From contig OZ296651.1 of assembly GCA_965655095.1 (NCBI GenBank), positions 6,200,001 to 6,264,000 of the forward strand: 64,000 bases of DNA, given 5' to 3'. Numbering within the stretch: position 1 is the stretch's first letter; every line of letters begins with the position of its first letter. A program made the position numbers and the translations under genes. Shown piece by piece: positions 1-13,421 of this stretch. Source of the stretch: Haplodiscus bocki. Lineage: Eukaryota. Under the pieces are notes generated by a model. That model was not told the DNA's origin and made no database searches. It saw nothing but the letters and a program-made list of their open reading frames with translations.

Positions 1-1449
1 TGCGAACCAGACCACAAGCCAAGTCAAGTGAAAGTGAAGTGAAGATGGAAAGTCAGTCGGCGATTGTTTTCACGTTTTTGGCTTTCGATTACTTTCCAAC
101 ACGTTGACAGATTCATGGTGAACTTTCATTAAACATCCTGAATTACTTTTCAAAAAATTAACAATGATTTGGATGACTCACAACTGACGTACATTTACGA
201 ACGTAAAACGAACAAATATTTCAAAGCCATTCACAAAATGAACGTTTCAGTTGCTCATCAGATGGAGGGTGTGCAAATAGTATTCGACGAAACTTTTAGT
301 TCCTTTGAAGTGCGACTAAACGTTTTCTTACGATGAAGAAACCCAAAAAACTCTTCAATTCCTTGTAACTTGTAGTAAAGCTTAAAGCATAAACGGAAAA
401 AATAGATGGGTCTGTCCTCTTGGATACGTTGTGCAAAATGTATTTTATTTCACAGCTCACGAATATTGCAGAAAGTAATTTCTGCTCAAAATCCTGATGT
501 ATCCACAATAATACAGAACTAAAAATACATATCAAAATTTAGAGTTGTGACCAATCTCACCTTCCAGGTGCTGAATAATTCGCAAACTGCGCGCTCCGTC
601 AGAAATAGGGGAAGCTAAGAATAAACGTTTTTATCAAAGGATTCTCTTGAGTATTACTGACTCACAGCGACTCCCTGTGGATAAAGTTTCGAGAGTTGGA
701 ACAAGTGACTATATACAAAAATAGGAACATCGAAACGAGTGAATCAACAAAAGACTGATTTTTAAAAATCAATTTTCAACTTCCAGCAAAACAGACGCCA
801 TAAACTAACAAGAAAACTTCGACAACAAGCGCTGAAAAATGAAAAAATATTCAGCAAGAGGAAGCAAGCCAATTCCAAATAACTGACGGAGAAAATTGAA
901 AGATTGAAAAAAAATTAAGAAATACACAATAAAAACATGTCAAACTCAAGGTATTGCAGCAACTCACAGCCACAAAAAATGACAATGAAATACCGAAAGC
1001 AAGCAATTCCAAAAGAAGCAAAAAAATGTCCTGCGGTAGGTTTGCTTATTGAGGTATTATGTTAGACGAAAATAAAAAATTTCCCATCGGAAGGTTCTCA
1101 AAAAACCAACTAAATTATACCAAAAACTTCGAAACTTCGTTATGTTGTTGCAATTGCAGTTGATCCTCAGCCTAGGCTGATAAGTCTTTCTTTAAAATAT
1201 TGACTAGAACTCTCTGCACCTGTGGTAGTAGCAGCAGAGTTGCCAAACGCAGACGTCATGTTCGCAGAAGTTCCTGTAAACGAATTGCCTCGTCCTTACA
1301 GTGTTAGATTTTTAGGGCCTTTGGGTTTCAAGGGGTTTATATCCGATTCAATCCTGTTCGCTAGTTGACAAGTTCTGTAAACAAACTCCTTTCGTTTTCT
1401 CTAGTCTAACTATTCGTAATTTGAACACTTCGTTGCTCCTTGCTCATTT

Positions 1450-2000
1450 TTCTTCCTCGTTTTCAGGCAGTTCGATGTGCTACTTATCCCCTTCGACAAG
1501 CTCCCATAGCAGAAGCAAACAACTCAGTAGTAAAAATTTCAGCAAAGAGATGTTTAGGAGGCAACTTTGTCCTGTTATCCACTTGACTGCTTTCTTTTGA
1601 AACTTATTTAGTCGCATCAAATTCAACCTGGTGGTTGCTGTGCAGCTAAGTCCGTACAATAGGACCGGTATTAGTGATCTATACAGGCCAACATTTACGA
1701 CAGCTCTCAGGGCAAAGGAAAAGTTTCTTCTGACACTAGCCAACGCTTCTCGGCTGCCTTGACTGATCCATGTGGGCCTTTGTTAGCAACAGCTTTGACT
1801 GTTGCTGACAAGGACACTGAGTCCTTTGACCTAAATTGGGGTGAGTAGAATTTTGCCTTGCAGGAAGAGATCCTTTTCACTCCCTCAAAAAATTGTAAAA
1901 TTTGGCATCTTATCAAATGAAAGTTCCATTTTGTCCTCAACCTTTTCATCTAATTCAAGTATGTCTTCCTGCAGTTGAGGTCTTCACTGTATGGCCTTCA
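1450..2000 (-). mobile_element. Degenerate non-LTR retrotransposon (L2/CR1-like) ORF2 fragment, region C-terminal to RT
   Basis: ORF 1480..1743 reads LYRSLIPVLLYG...LNKFQKKAVKWITG, like the post-RT LYKSLILP.L.YG / LE..Q..A.K.I block of LINE ORF2. The frame is broken. Confidence 0.65.
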
Positions 2001-2929
2001 TTCCAACGTCATTCTCAAAAACGAAGGTACAACCTCGCTGAACTTCGAAAGATCTTGAGGATCGCTTATAAGGATATAGAAGAAAAGTGGGCCAAGTAAT
2101 CATCCCTGTGACACACGGCTAAATAAATCGAGTTCACTCATTTACCCTGTCTTAACCAGTGTGACAAAGTGGTGCTTCCAACCAATCAAGTAACACAGAG
2201 GCAAAGCTGGGATTCTCAAACTAGTACTGAAACAAAAATCCCGGGTGAATACATTTAAAGATCACCAGAAAAATGAACTCGGATTCCAATTCAACCTCTG
2301 CCGCAGTTGTCACTTACCGAGAGAAAAATAAGGAACAACGATAGCGAAAATATCTTCAAATTACCAATTACAAGTCAAGACAGTTACCAAAAAAATTAAA
2401 ACTAGGCCCTCCAAGCTACTCCGCTGACACTCTAGGCAGAAGCTAGTCCAAACAGCGTTAAATGCAGGCAATTCCATTACTAATTAGTGACAGAAAAAAT
2501 TTCCGAGCAGCAAAAGCAAAACAAATAAAGCTATCAAATTACAGGTGAGCTAATCGCAATAAAAGTTTAAAAAAGGCCTCCAGAGCAATCAAAACTCGAG
2601 GACTCAAAAGGAGACATCTTCGATTTTTCAAAAGAAAGTTACTTTTTCGCAACAACATTAAAATTCAGAACACCCCTGTCACTCCACAAGAAACCACAGG
2701 CAGGAAAAAGTTCAAAGAGCCAATAGTATACGCAATTCTGCTACTCGTTCAAGAAAAACACTCGAGAACAATGGAAGTAAAAATATCATCGATTTTTCAA
2801 TTACATGTTGAAATTATTCGCAGTGAAATCCATTACCAGAGCTCACTAACAGTAAGGACTAATTCAAAAAATGAACAGAGATAACCAGAATAGATTGAAC
2901 GCAAAAGTATCAATTCAAAGTTCGCATTG

Positions 2930-3630
2930 AACAAACTCTTCTGTAGCGACACTGCCAGAATATTGCCGAAATTTGCAAGGACGTACAGTCGGAGAAAACT
3001 GACAGCCTATCCCGACTCCGAGACACTTCCTTATCGCAAGCATATCTCAGAAGTGAAGTTGTACCTCGCACACACCCGCGCCACAAAACCGACTCCCGAT
3101 GAAAAATTATCAAACAAGGGCCAGCGTACACCGGAACTAACGGAAGCCAGCGAAGTTCTCTTACAAATAGCTGTACAACCCAAAACCAACGAAAAATACG
3201 CAGCAACTAAAAAAACATTAAATTCCCCGTTGATCCACGCGCAGAAACTGACATCTAAGCAGTACCCTAACACGAATTTTTTGACGAATTACACAGCAAA
3301 ACTACTGTAGTCGAATGACGAATGCAAATATGTTCACTTTCCATTACAAGAAGACATTTCGTGGCAAAGTCAAGGAACGGATGAACACTGCCACCTTGAA
3401 AACCTCTAAGTTCGAGGATTGAAATAAAGCCATATGGACGAATTGCAGGGAACCTTCAAGAAAAACGATACTGACGAAAGATCAAGCTTGAAAATTTATA
3501 GAAGTGACTATAACAAGCGGAAAAACTTTGCCAAAGAAGTAGGAGCCACGCTTTAGCCTCTATTGATCCTCCAGGGAACAACTGGTCGGAATCACCACGA
3601 ATATAAAAAATCTGCCGATCTGTTTTCGAG
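2930..3630 (+). repeat. Old interspersed repeat, copy A (homologous to 4900-5600 and more distantly to 43230-44330)
   Basis: Collinear shared blocks with 4900-5600: cgcgccacaaaa(a)ccgactcc, ggaactaacg, tgacatctaagca, ttttgacgaattac, agacatttcgtgg, ttgaaaacctctaag, attgatcctccag. Confidence 0.8.
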
Positions 3631-3829
3631 AAAAACACCTTCGATGAACCGCACAATAAAAAGCAACATACGTTTTTCAATTACAAGTTGCACAATTTAG
3701 GTCACATAACTATAAATGAAGGGGAAGATGTGCTTCGCAATGCTTGCGCCAATGGAAAATTAGCGAACAAATCGAACAAGGATAATCGATTTTCAAAAGG
3801 ACCACGGTACCACGAAAAGTACTGATTGA

Positions 3830-4090
3830 ACAAAAATTTGATTAACACATTTAATTCTGATGAATTGCAATACAATTCTAACAAATACGAACTGCTAAAG
3901 TGGTTATTTAGCCTTATAAAGAATAGACACAAGTGCGCACGCTGGAAACTAAGCCAACGTGACCAAATTTCTGCAAGTGAGCGACAGTGCATGGACAAAA
4001 TCAAGGTGACATTAGACTGTAGGCACAAATAGGAATTCTGAGTGAATCAGGAAATTAGTCACCAGAAGCCTGTGATATAACACTCACTTG
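3830..4090 (+). repeat. Uninterrupted copy of a ~260 bp repeat whose other two copies are split by Helentron-like insertions
   Basis: Shares aattt.attaac, tacgaactgcta, aatttctgcaa, gtaggcacaaat and gcctgt..ataacact with 17530-18720 and 46462-47790. Confidence 0.65.
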
Positions 4091-4899
4091 TCCAAGTAGA
4101 AAACAATTAATAGGACCGATCACAAAACAAGACCTCTAAGTAGTGGAAAGTCAAATTAACGCAGGATGGACCGAATCCCACCATTGGTGATGAATCAAAA
4201 AACATTCCACGAACGACACAAAAAGAAACATCATTGAATTTTCAAGCACAAGCTGAGCTGATTCATATTGAAAATTGTAATTAAACCTCTCCGGCTGCTT
4301 AATAAAGAATCTGCACAGCCATTATTTGCATGAGTGATAGATGGAACTAATCGAACCAGTAGTCCTCAAAAAAACACATATAACGAAAGATACAAGTAAA
4401 AGCACCTTCAATTTTTAAAATTATCTTCAACTTTCAAATTCGAGTCCGGAGTTATTGCTAAATAGTAACAACACAGAGCATCACAGACACTCTACAGAAC
4501 CTCTACGTAGCAAGGATATAAATAAGCAAAAGATAGACCAATTACGACCGACAGCCATTGAGGAACAACTACTTAACACCGACAAAAAGTACTCAATTTT
4601 TCAAGATTTAATCAAAAGCTTTCAGAATAATCATAGAAAGCTTATTATCCAACCTACTTCGCAAAAATCTGAGACAATGAGTAGTTGACTCATCAATATA
4701 TGGACTCAATCCGACCCCTAGTCGATGAAAAAAACTTTTTAACGAAGGACGCAAGTAAAAACATCGCTGATGTTCGAATTACAGATAAATTTCTTTCTAG
4801 AATTCCAAATAGGTACCGTTTTAGTTGATTTCGTGATTCAAAACGAGAAAACAAACCTGATTTTATGATACGTGAAGAACATTTTGACATGCACAAACG

Positions 4900-5600
4900 C
4901 GGCAGGGACAAATTTCAACGCACTTTCTGCCAGGGAAGGCATATATTGTGAGTTGTAGACGCAAGGAAAAAAACGAAAGCCGTCCGTAACACTTTTCCCT
5001 AAGCTTGATCGAACATGTAAGCACAAAGGCGAAGCTGCACTCCGCAAACACTCGCGCCACAAAAACCGACTCCTTGCAAACAGTCAACAAAATTTAGCCG
5101 GCGTAATGGTTACCTGGAACTAACGAAAGCCAGCAATGTTTTGAGTTTGAAAAAGCTGTACATTCCAAAAACAACCCTGTTAGTGATTGAAACGTTCAAT
5201 TTTTGCTTGATCCACCCGCAGGAATTGACATCTAAGCATTAGTCTCAGAGAAAACTTTTGACGAATTACTCAGCGTGTTTCGAAAAAAATATTCAAACGA
5301 AAAACGCAAACAAATACTTTCACTTTTCCCATTAAAAGTACAGACATTTCGTGGAGAAAAACATGGAACGGACGAACTCAGCGACTTTGAAAACCTCTAA
5401 GCACGAAGATTCAAATAAATCTAAATGGACGGATTGCAAGGATCAGTTTTCAAGAAAAAAAGATTCTGACGAAAGAGCAAAAACTTCTTAGATTTGCCGA
5501 GAGATTTTGCTAGATGAGTATGCGTCCGACCATCGTCCCATTGATCCTCCAGCTATCGAGTGGTCGAAGTCGCCATGAATCCACAAAATCGAACCACCAG
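4900..5600 (+). repeat. Old interspersed repeat, copy B
   Basis: Collinear diverged copy of 2930-3630. Confidence 0.8.
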
Positions 5601-6639
5601 CTTTTGGGCCTTCAAAGGCAAGCAATTTCAAAATATTAAAAGGGTCAAAAAGTTGATCGACTATAAAGATAATGTAAATTCTATCGCTAATGTGTAGAGT
5701 TACAATTACATGTAGAGATCAATCACCGTCTTAAAACTTTCGCTTATTTGTTTATTTACCAAAAAACTATTCTAGATACGCAAAGGATTCCAATCAAATC
5801 GAAAAAAAAAGACAAGAAAATAGAGTTCCCTGGTCTGCACTCTAATTAGCACTATCAATGTTGTTCTACATATTCTGAAGCATCAAAAAACAGAGCTGGT
5901 ACCTCAAGCCCGCCACAAACTTTTTGGAAATCATTTTAGCTATAAAATCAGCTTTAAACTTTCAAAGACTCGCAAATTAGCAGTACAGAGCAATAAAAAC
6001 GTTTTTGAAGCATTTTTATTTACTGAAAAACCTTACTTTTGTAGATATTTACGGTAGGAGTGAAAAAATCTTCGGACTATCGGAAAAATGTGTTTCGTCT
6101 CACACATCTGTCTGGAGATCTAGAAAATAAAAAAAAATGCTACTAGCTGTATTGTACGTGCTGATATATCAAGTGCTCAGCTGGACTTCTTGACTTCACA
6201 ATTTTACGTTACAATTTCAAAAGAATGTAGCTTTATGCCTGAAGAAAGGTCAGGTGTGGACGTAATAATATCGGATACCTTCAGGTTCGATATTGAAAAG
6301 GGCCGACAAAAAACGTAGCTGTCACTCCGATTAGCGGTCAAATCACTGCTGCTGATCCATTTTGAGGGACAAAAACGCGGTTAGAAGCCATTAAACGCCA
6401 CTCTAGAAAGAAAAACAAATTGGAACATCAGTGTTTCAAATCAGCTAGCTTTTAATTCAAGGCTCGATGATTAATCTAAAACGCAGTCATAAAAAAAACA
6501 GCTTCCAGCATAGCTTTTCCAGCCACTTTCTACCGAATTTTCATCGAAAATAAATTGCGTAAATGTGTTGCTGGAGATTGTTTCACAATGTTTGTAGCTT
6601 TCGATCAAGGGCTCGATGAACAAATTTGAACGGGTAGAT

Positions 6640-7141
6640 AACAAGACGGGCGGATAACACAGGCAAATTTTCCATTTTCCGCCCTTCAACTTTTACAAAG
6701 ACGCTTTTTAGAAGGTTGAAAGCGTTTTCATCTGATAAATACTTTTTCTTCAGCAAATTTTTTAATTTTTCCAAATTTAAAAATTTTCCGAATTTTTTTG
6801 CACAAAAACTTAATAGAAGTCGTAAAAAGACATTTCTAAGAAAGAAAATCATTTTACACTAATTCTACAATAACTTTGCCACCTTTACCGATTTTGAAAT
6901 AATTCAAGTTTTTTTCATAAAAACCCATATTTTCTTTCAAACAACCCAACTTTCATACGTATTTGAGATATCTTACTGTTTCAGTTGCATTCTACGGCAA
7001 ATTTACTATAATTTGGTGATGGAAAAATTCAAAGTCAATCCGCCATTTCGGTCGGACACTATCCATAGGCAAGTAAATGCAAAAAAACGCTCGCGTTGAG
7101 TGAATGATTTTCCTGCTGTATTCAAATATGGGCGGAAAATG
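6640..7141 (-). mobile_element. Non-autonomous Helentron/DINE-like element, family H1
   Basis: Terminus aacaagacgggcgg. Perfect 12-bp sub-terminal inverted repeat cattttccgccc (6673-6684) / gggcggaaaatg (7130-7141). Homologous to 23546-24028. Confidence 0.7.
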
Positions 7142-7588
7142 ATGAACGTTTGAAATATGGTCTGTATCGAATGCTATTTACTCAACGAAGACAACATCTT
7201 ACACTTTTGACATCTACAATTGTCCAAAAGGCTGCCGTAAAAACGGTCAAAGCAAGCCCCATTAATATCCCTCACATTCGCCTCCTTCCGTTCACATTTT
7301 TTTGATGTGATTGTGGCCATTAATTGAATCATGCTTCATAATACTGCCTAAATCGTCTTCTTGTAAACAAACATCAGAAGATGTGTTTCGATTCTAGATT
7401 CTTTCATTACATCTTACTTGATTAGAAGCAGAGAAACTACTGAAACATTCGCAGAGTACTACAAGAACAGACTGTATCACGAAGATTGGCCAGAAAGCAA
7501 CGTTCGGGGAAATCTGCGAGAGACAACTTATCTAATTCAGTTCCGTAAAAACTATTCACAATTCTCGGTGCCATCCATTTTGAGAGTT

Positions 7589-7909
7589 CTATTTTTGGCA
7601 GCTTCTATCTGTGATAACTTTGGCCGTATCTGAAGACAGCTCGTGTTTCTTCATGAGGTGTTCTTTCAACTTATCTTTTCGCTTCAGCTCAGCTTTACAC
7701 AGTTCACAAACAAACACAACTCCGCCATGACTGGACTGATAGTGACGTTTGGCAGTCGACATATCTTTCAACATAGTTGTACAAACGGGGCAAATGATTC
7801 TCCCATCTGGCATGGTGCCGAACGTTGGGGTCACTTTTCCCATTGTGGCACCTGCTGGCAAATTGTTGGGGGCTGCAATAGATGTCTTTGGTGCAGGGAC
7901 CTTAGTCTT
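7589..7909 (-). CDS. Double C2H2 zinc-finger protein A, exon 2 (last coding exon)
   Basis: CPVC-x12-H-x4-H and CELC-x12-H-x4-H. Acceptor cattttag| before 7909, phase 0. TAG at 7589-7591. Confidence 0.85.
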   Translation of the reverse strand, partial: KTKVPAPKTSIAAPNNLPAGATMGKVTPTFGTMPDGRIICPVCTTMLKDMSTAKRHYQSSHGGVVFVCELCKAELKRKDKLKEHLMKKHELSSDTAKVITDRSCQK

Positions 7910-9074
7910 CTAAAATGTTGATACTAACAGATTTCTATCCACGAAGCACTGTGTACCCGCGTTCTTACTCTGCGGTTCCTATCAACAATCACTCCATTCA
8001 TACTGGCTGAGCCCCAAAAGGGGCAACACTCACCCCCCTCTCCCCTAGTTCTGACCCCTCCCTCTGGAGCAGATTTTCAAATTTGTTCGAAATGTAGAAC
8101 GTTTTGCTGTTTTTTATGTGTAATTTGCTTTGTTTGCAAAAAACTCCACAGGTGTCGGATTTCAACAGATAGAAATAATGCTGAAAACACGAGTGAACTG
8201 CAAGTCAGGGAAAAATAAATTTGATGAATCTGAAATTTCTGGATTTCTTACCAGAACCCCTTCTTATAAATGTGAGCAACTTTCAATCGGACCCCCTCTA
8301 ATATAACCCCGATTCTTGAAAAAAGTCGCAGTATATTTCCGAAGAGAGCTGGTGGCCAACCTATGACCAGCATAAGGCGCATTTTCCTTTTTTTCATACA
8401 TTGCGACAACCTCCCAAAACTTCTCATTTTGGCACTTGTTATCTGGTCAAGTTTCGAAACTGGCAGTAAACTTTAATTAATAAAAGCAACATGTGTTTAT
8501 TAATGACCAGTCAGAGCTTCGGGCCTAAAGACTTAACTTGAGGCAAAACTTTACAAAAACGAGTGCTCATATTTTAGAAGCAATTCGTCTTCGAGCATGA
8601 TCATATCAGCGGTGAGATGCTATTATTTTATAAAGTCAAAATTGTTGAAGTGGAATGTCATGACAAACCCAAAAAGAAAAATTAAACTAAAATTAGAAGT
8701 AAACAAGTTTCTCAGGTTATAAGACCTATCAAAAAGTTCACTATTCTGTGACCGCAGCCAAACCGTAAAAGACAACCGAATAAGGTCTTCCTTTAATCCT
8801 GTGCAAAATATCGATTCTTTCCGGGATTACTTCCAGTAAATAAGACTTCAAATTGACAAAGAAAACAAAACACGATTTTCAAAAGAATTTCGCAGCAAAA
8901 ACCTATCGAGAATTGTTGAAAACGCGAAATAAAAAACTACTATCTCCTAAATGGGAGTCTTTGGTGGAACCAGTACAAAATTCAAGCAAGTTGACAGATT
9001 GTCAAATCTTTTCGAACAGTAAAATAGTCTCGACTTTCAACTTTCGCAGAAAACAAATTGTCCGACAGCAACCT

Positions 9075-9400
9075 AAATCTAGTGTGTGATAAAACAGAGT
9101 CTCTTCGTTGAACTGGTGCAAAATTTAGGCAATTTGAAGCCCTAAATGAGGGACTAATTCACTTATAACATAACAAATATCATCCAAGTGGACAAAATTA
9201 GCAGGATTTTCAAGATTCTTCCGCACACAAAACATCCAAAATGTCAAAAAACAACCAGAATTTAGTGTGAGATAAAACAGAGTCTCCTTGTTGAACTGGT
9301 GCAAAATTTTGGAGCCCTACATGCAGGGGAAAAATGACCTACAATATGAAAACTCTGGTCAAATTGGGCAAAATGACCTCGGTTTTCACGTTTCTATCGC
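9075..9400 (+). repeat. Diverged ~185-bp tandem duplication inside a probable non-autonomous element
   Basis: gtgtg.gataaaacagagtctc..gttgaactggtgcaaaattt occurs at ~9082 and ~9265. Confidence 0.75.
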
Positions 9401-10249
9401 AAAGAAAACTATGGAAAAACTATCGGACCGACACCAAAAAAAACAGAAAAGAATCTTGTCGCAACGTTTCTGAGGAAATCAGAAGAAAAACTGTAAAAGA
9501 TGTGGAGAAATATTGAGCTTTGAACAAAAGATTTTGAGTTGAAAGTGGAAAAGAAAAAATGCCTCTGAATGCTCCAGTGTGGAAGTGGCTTTGCTTCGCT
9601 CTCGTTACGCTCGACTAAAAATGATGAATTTTTGAAAAATTCTCCTCCATTAAAAACAGTTGATTGAGACCGTTGAAGGAGGAGTTAATCATCAGGTAGT
9701 ATTTAAGAATTATGAATTTGATTATGAAGATATGTGGCTATTATGCGCACACTTCTTGGCATTTTCCGAGCATCAGGATTCCAAAAGAACAAAAAATTGA
9801 CATTTTTTGTCGGAGTCCTCTGCAACTAGCAAGCGGCCGATTGCGACTTTGGTAGAAAAATTCAACTCAATAATTATTGAGAAATCAATATGGATAGTAG
9901 GATATGTCAAAATTAGTAAAGCTTTTTGCCGTTTTTGCATTATCAAGATACCGACAGAATGAACAAAATCGATTACTTTTCTATTCGATAGTCCTCCTCA
10001 AGCAAAGAGCTGTCGATTGAACCCTTGATGCAAAAAGTCAGGCTTGTCGTTCTGGATTATTATGAGTTGAAAGCCGAGATCTGTAGTTAATCATTCTTGA
10101 CATTTTCGGCCAGTCAGGATTCAGACACAAGGGAAAAATATTGATGATTTTTCGTTCGAAAACTCTTCCTGAAGTGAAAGGTCGAGGACTGGGACCATCA
10201 TAAAAGAATTGAGCCAAATAGTTATTGAGAAAAGTGAGATTCAACATTC

Positions 10250-10637
10250 AACAAAATCAAAACTTGAGATTATATACAATTGGGAACATTTTGGAAAAAA
10301 AACTTTTTGGAAAACAATAATAAATTAATTTTTTTTCGGATTTAGAGAAAAAAATTGTTGCAGGGTTGGTAAAACTGCATTCTATTTGTCCAGGGGAGCT
10401 TTCGGGGTATAAAAATTTTCAAAAAAATCTCTTCGAACTTTGAGTAAAAGATTATCTGACTTCGGGCAAAAAATGTTCAGCAGGGTTCTCAAAATTGCAT
10501 TCTACGTGTCTACAGCAACATTTTGGTTTTTTAAAAATTCATGAAGATGTTCACTCTAGATTGTCAAATTCCGGAGAAAAAAATCAACTTACAGAGGGAA
10601 TGATTTTCCTTTCGTAACATATCACGACAGAAAATAA
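10250..10637 (-). mobile_element. Helentron/DINE-like element related to family H1, in intron 1 of ZF gene A
   Basis: End gaatgattttcc...gaaaata matches the H1 end at 7100-7140 and 23985-24028. Internal repeated tgcattcta units. Confidence 0.5.
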
Positions 10638-10646
10638 TAATGATAC

Positions 10647-10874
10647 CTTTTCAACGTGGTCTGCATTTGGAGTGTTGGCTTTGCGCTTTACACTTTTAGC
10701 ACTTTTTTCGTTGGTCAAGTTGCTGAAATTTTGCTGCGTTGCTTCAATCTCCAATGAGCCTCGAAGCTTCGATGTCCTGGTGGAGACTAAATCGATGACG
10801 TTTTCAGCAAGTCCCAACTCGATTTTCTCCAAGAAGTCTTGGTCAATACTCAACGTTAGTTGGAAAGCATTCAT
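10647..10874 (-). CDS. Double C2H2 zinc-finger protein A, exon 1 (predicted product about 182 aa with 7589-7909)
   Basis: ATG at 10874 in gggaaaATG. Donor AAG|gtatca after 10647 is phase 0, compatible with the 7909 acceptor. The join gives a basic NLS-like KRKANTPNADHVEK|KTK. Confidence 0.65.
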
Positions 10875-12532
10875 TTTCCCAAGTTCTCCTTTCTCAATTC
10901 AAAAACTCGTATAATGCCACAAAAATTCTGAAACTCTCTAAAAATTAGAAGTTTTAGTTATATACATGTATAGGGTCACATTAATTCAAATCCTCGACAA
11001 TATACATTGCATTCAGAAAAGTAAGGAACGCACGTGACCACTCGAAAATGAAAAACCACAAGAAGAGTAAGAGCGCGAAAAGTCATCCAAAGTGAGTCAG
11101 CGTTATTTTGCTGAGAAAATCGATTGCTCAAACAGTTACAAAAGTGTGTCTGACAGTAAATGCTCTCAATTTATGTCACGAGGTCTGATTTCGACAGCTG
11201 CCCGGGTTTTCGACTGCTAAGTGTATAACGATTATTATTCTAATTAAGAGCATGAATGGCCTAAAATAAACGCCACATTAGACTGCTAACAGCGTACACG
11301 AGAACTTTCACATTCCAGTAAAACAGTTCTGCTATATATCTATCCCAACTAGTTTCCAGCAAACCCAATGAATATTTTGTACATTTAGGGTTCTTCAAAC
11401 ACCATTTTGTTTCAATTTCGCGATTACTCCTCAAAAAACGGATTTAGTGAATAACAAAAAAAGCTGCGATGTTTAATTACTCGTACTTTGGGGTCACTAT
11501 ATCACCAAAAATCTACATTTTATTGTTGGTTATATATAACTCTAACCAGAATTATAACGTTGAGTAACACAATTCAGCATTATAATCCGGATCGGGCCAG
11601 TCTCTGACTTCCTCTTGTTAAAGTCTGTTCACATACTTTTCCCGAGCGGGGAATTGTCATAACAACACTTGTGACTTTTAAAGAGCAGTAATTGACTCAA
11701 GAACTAATTGCGGGCTGCAATCCAAATCAGGCGAATTCTAACCCCAGCAGACCTGAACGCAAACAGAAACAATTTCCCATTTCTTATTTACAAAACTGTT
11801 TCCGGTTCAATTAGCACCAAAGATTACGAAGTTCTTACCAAGCACACGCACACAGCATAGTCACTGCGAATACAAATTGCTCCGTCCTTTTATTTCGAAT
11901 ACTTTACTTGACTGTTCAGTAGTATTACATTCAAAATGTGACAGCATTCCAAACTTTCAACTTTCAAATTCTTGCTTTTTGCCGTTATCGCACCTTCCAA
12001 GACAGAGAATCCTGCGGATACGTGAGAACAGAAATAGCTTTTCAAAATGTTTTTTTTTCTCAATCTGATATAATTGCAAGGGAGATTTAGAGGCCGCGAA
12101 GATACTCAAGCTTCCCCATGCATTGAAAAAAATTCTGCTCTAAATGCCTAAAGTGCGGTAACTTGGTATTGTTATTTTGCTGCCCTCCATTTGTAACTGC
12201 CCCCTCTACCATAGGAAATGTTCCAATGGCAACCAACTGCAAATACAAGATCAAAACTTTGGGTACATTTTTTGAAAATTATTTTGGACAGTATTAGAAC
12301 ACATTTTGTTCGCACCGGACAATAGAGTGAACAGATGTTGGAACTTTTCGGCTTCCTCTAATTTTCGTTCTCCAAAACGATCTTTAAATTTTTGAATAGT
12401 TTGAACCCCCGTATATTTGATAGATTAATTCACTCAGAAGAATGAAAAAGCGCATAGTCTTCTCTGGTTTTTTAAAAATATTCGAATCCTGTCGCACACA
12501 GACTTCATTGTATTGTGAACTCATCAATAAAG

Positions 12533-12778
12533 ATGACCCGCGTTCTCGTTAATTTAGCTTTACTCTTGATTGCCACATGCAGATGCAACTGGGTGGAAAT
12601 GCCCCAGGAGTACCTGAAGGAGTTGACTCTGCTCGCACAGACTTTCCTGGCAGACAAGATTGAGAGCGCTCACCAGTCTCTCATGGAACAGAGACTGCAT
12701 CTGGAAATCGAACAGAAGAACGCCGAAATTTGGAAGGCCAACGTTCAGGAATTGAACGTCAAAATTCTGCAACACCTG
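12533..12778 (+). CDS. CLU-like: Clusterin-family secreted protein, exon 1 (signal peptide plus coiled coil); 3' boundary uncertain
   Basis: MTRVLVNLALLLIATCRC signal peptide followed by a heptad-rich helix. A phase-0 donor is required; the best candidate is CTG|gctagt at 12779. Confidence 0.75.
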
Positions 12779-12954
12779 GCTAGTTACAAATTGAATTTTA
12801 CAACTTGTAGTAAAAACAAATTTAGATGTAATGCGAGTGTCAAATGTAGAAGTAGGTCCTTTTAGTGAAATTTTGCCATTAAAAATGAAACTTCTAATTT
12901 TTATGGTATACATTTACTAACTATTAAGCAACTTACTGATTTCGCTAATTTCAG

Positions 12955-13421
12955 GAACAACTCAGCACAGCCAAAGAAAACATCTTGAACCACTCAAAAC
13001 ACCAATGCATTGACATCCTACAAGTGCAGAAATTGAAATGTCTCGACTGTATTTCGCAAGAATGCAACGACTTTGCCAAAACTACTTGCAACTTCGAGAC
13101 CGAAGTCAGCCGTATCCATGAGCGCATCATAAACCTGCTAATCTCCGTGTTTCATGCAAACGATGACGCAATAGTGCCCCAGGAGGCTATTAAACAGGGG
13201 GCAGAGGAGCTTCAGAAGAGCACGAACATGCTTCTGCAGAAACTTCAATCGGCGAAAGTTGCCCTGGAGAAAACAGGAATGGTGAATGCGACAAAAATGG
13301 AGCAAGAGTTGCTTCAGTTGACAGACATTGAGAAGTTGAACATGGAATTCATTGCTGACAAAATTGATTATTCTCAAAAGGTTTTGGATAACCTGCTGGA
13401 GAAAGATGAAATTGTAATAAA
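12955..13421 (+). CDS. CLU-like: Clusterin-family protein, exon 2 (first five-Cys cluster)
   Basis: tttcag| acceptor. CIDILQVQKLKCLDCISQECNDFAKTTC has C-x10-C-x2-C-x4-C-x7-C spacing, the same as vertebrate clusterin. Donor AA|gtaaga, phase 2. Confidence 0.85.
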
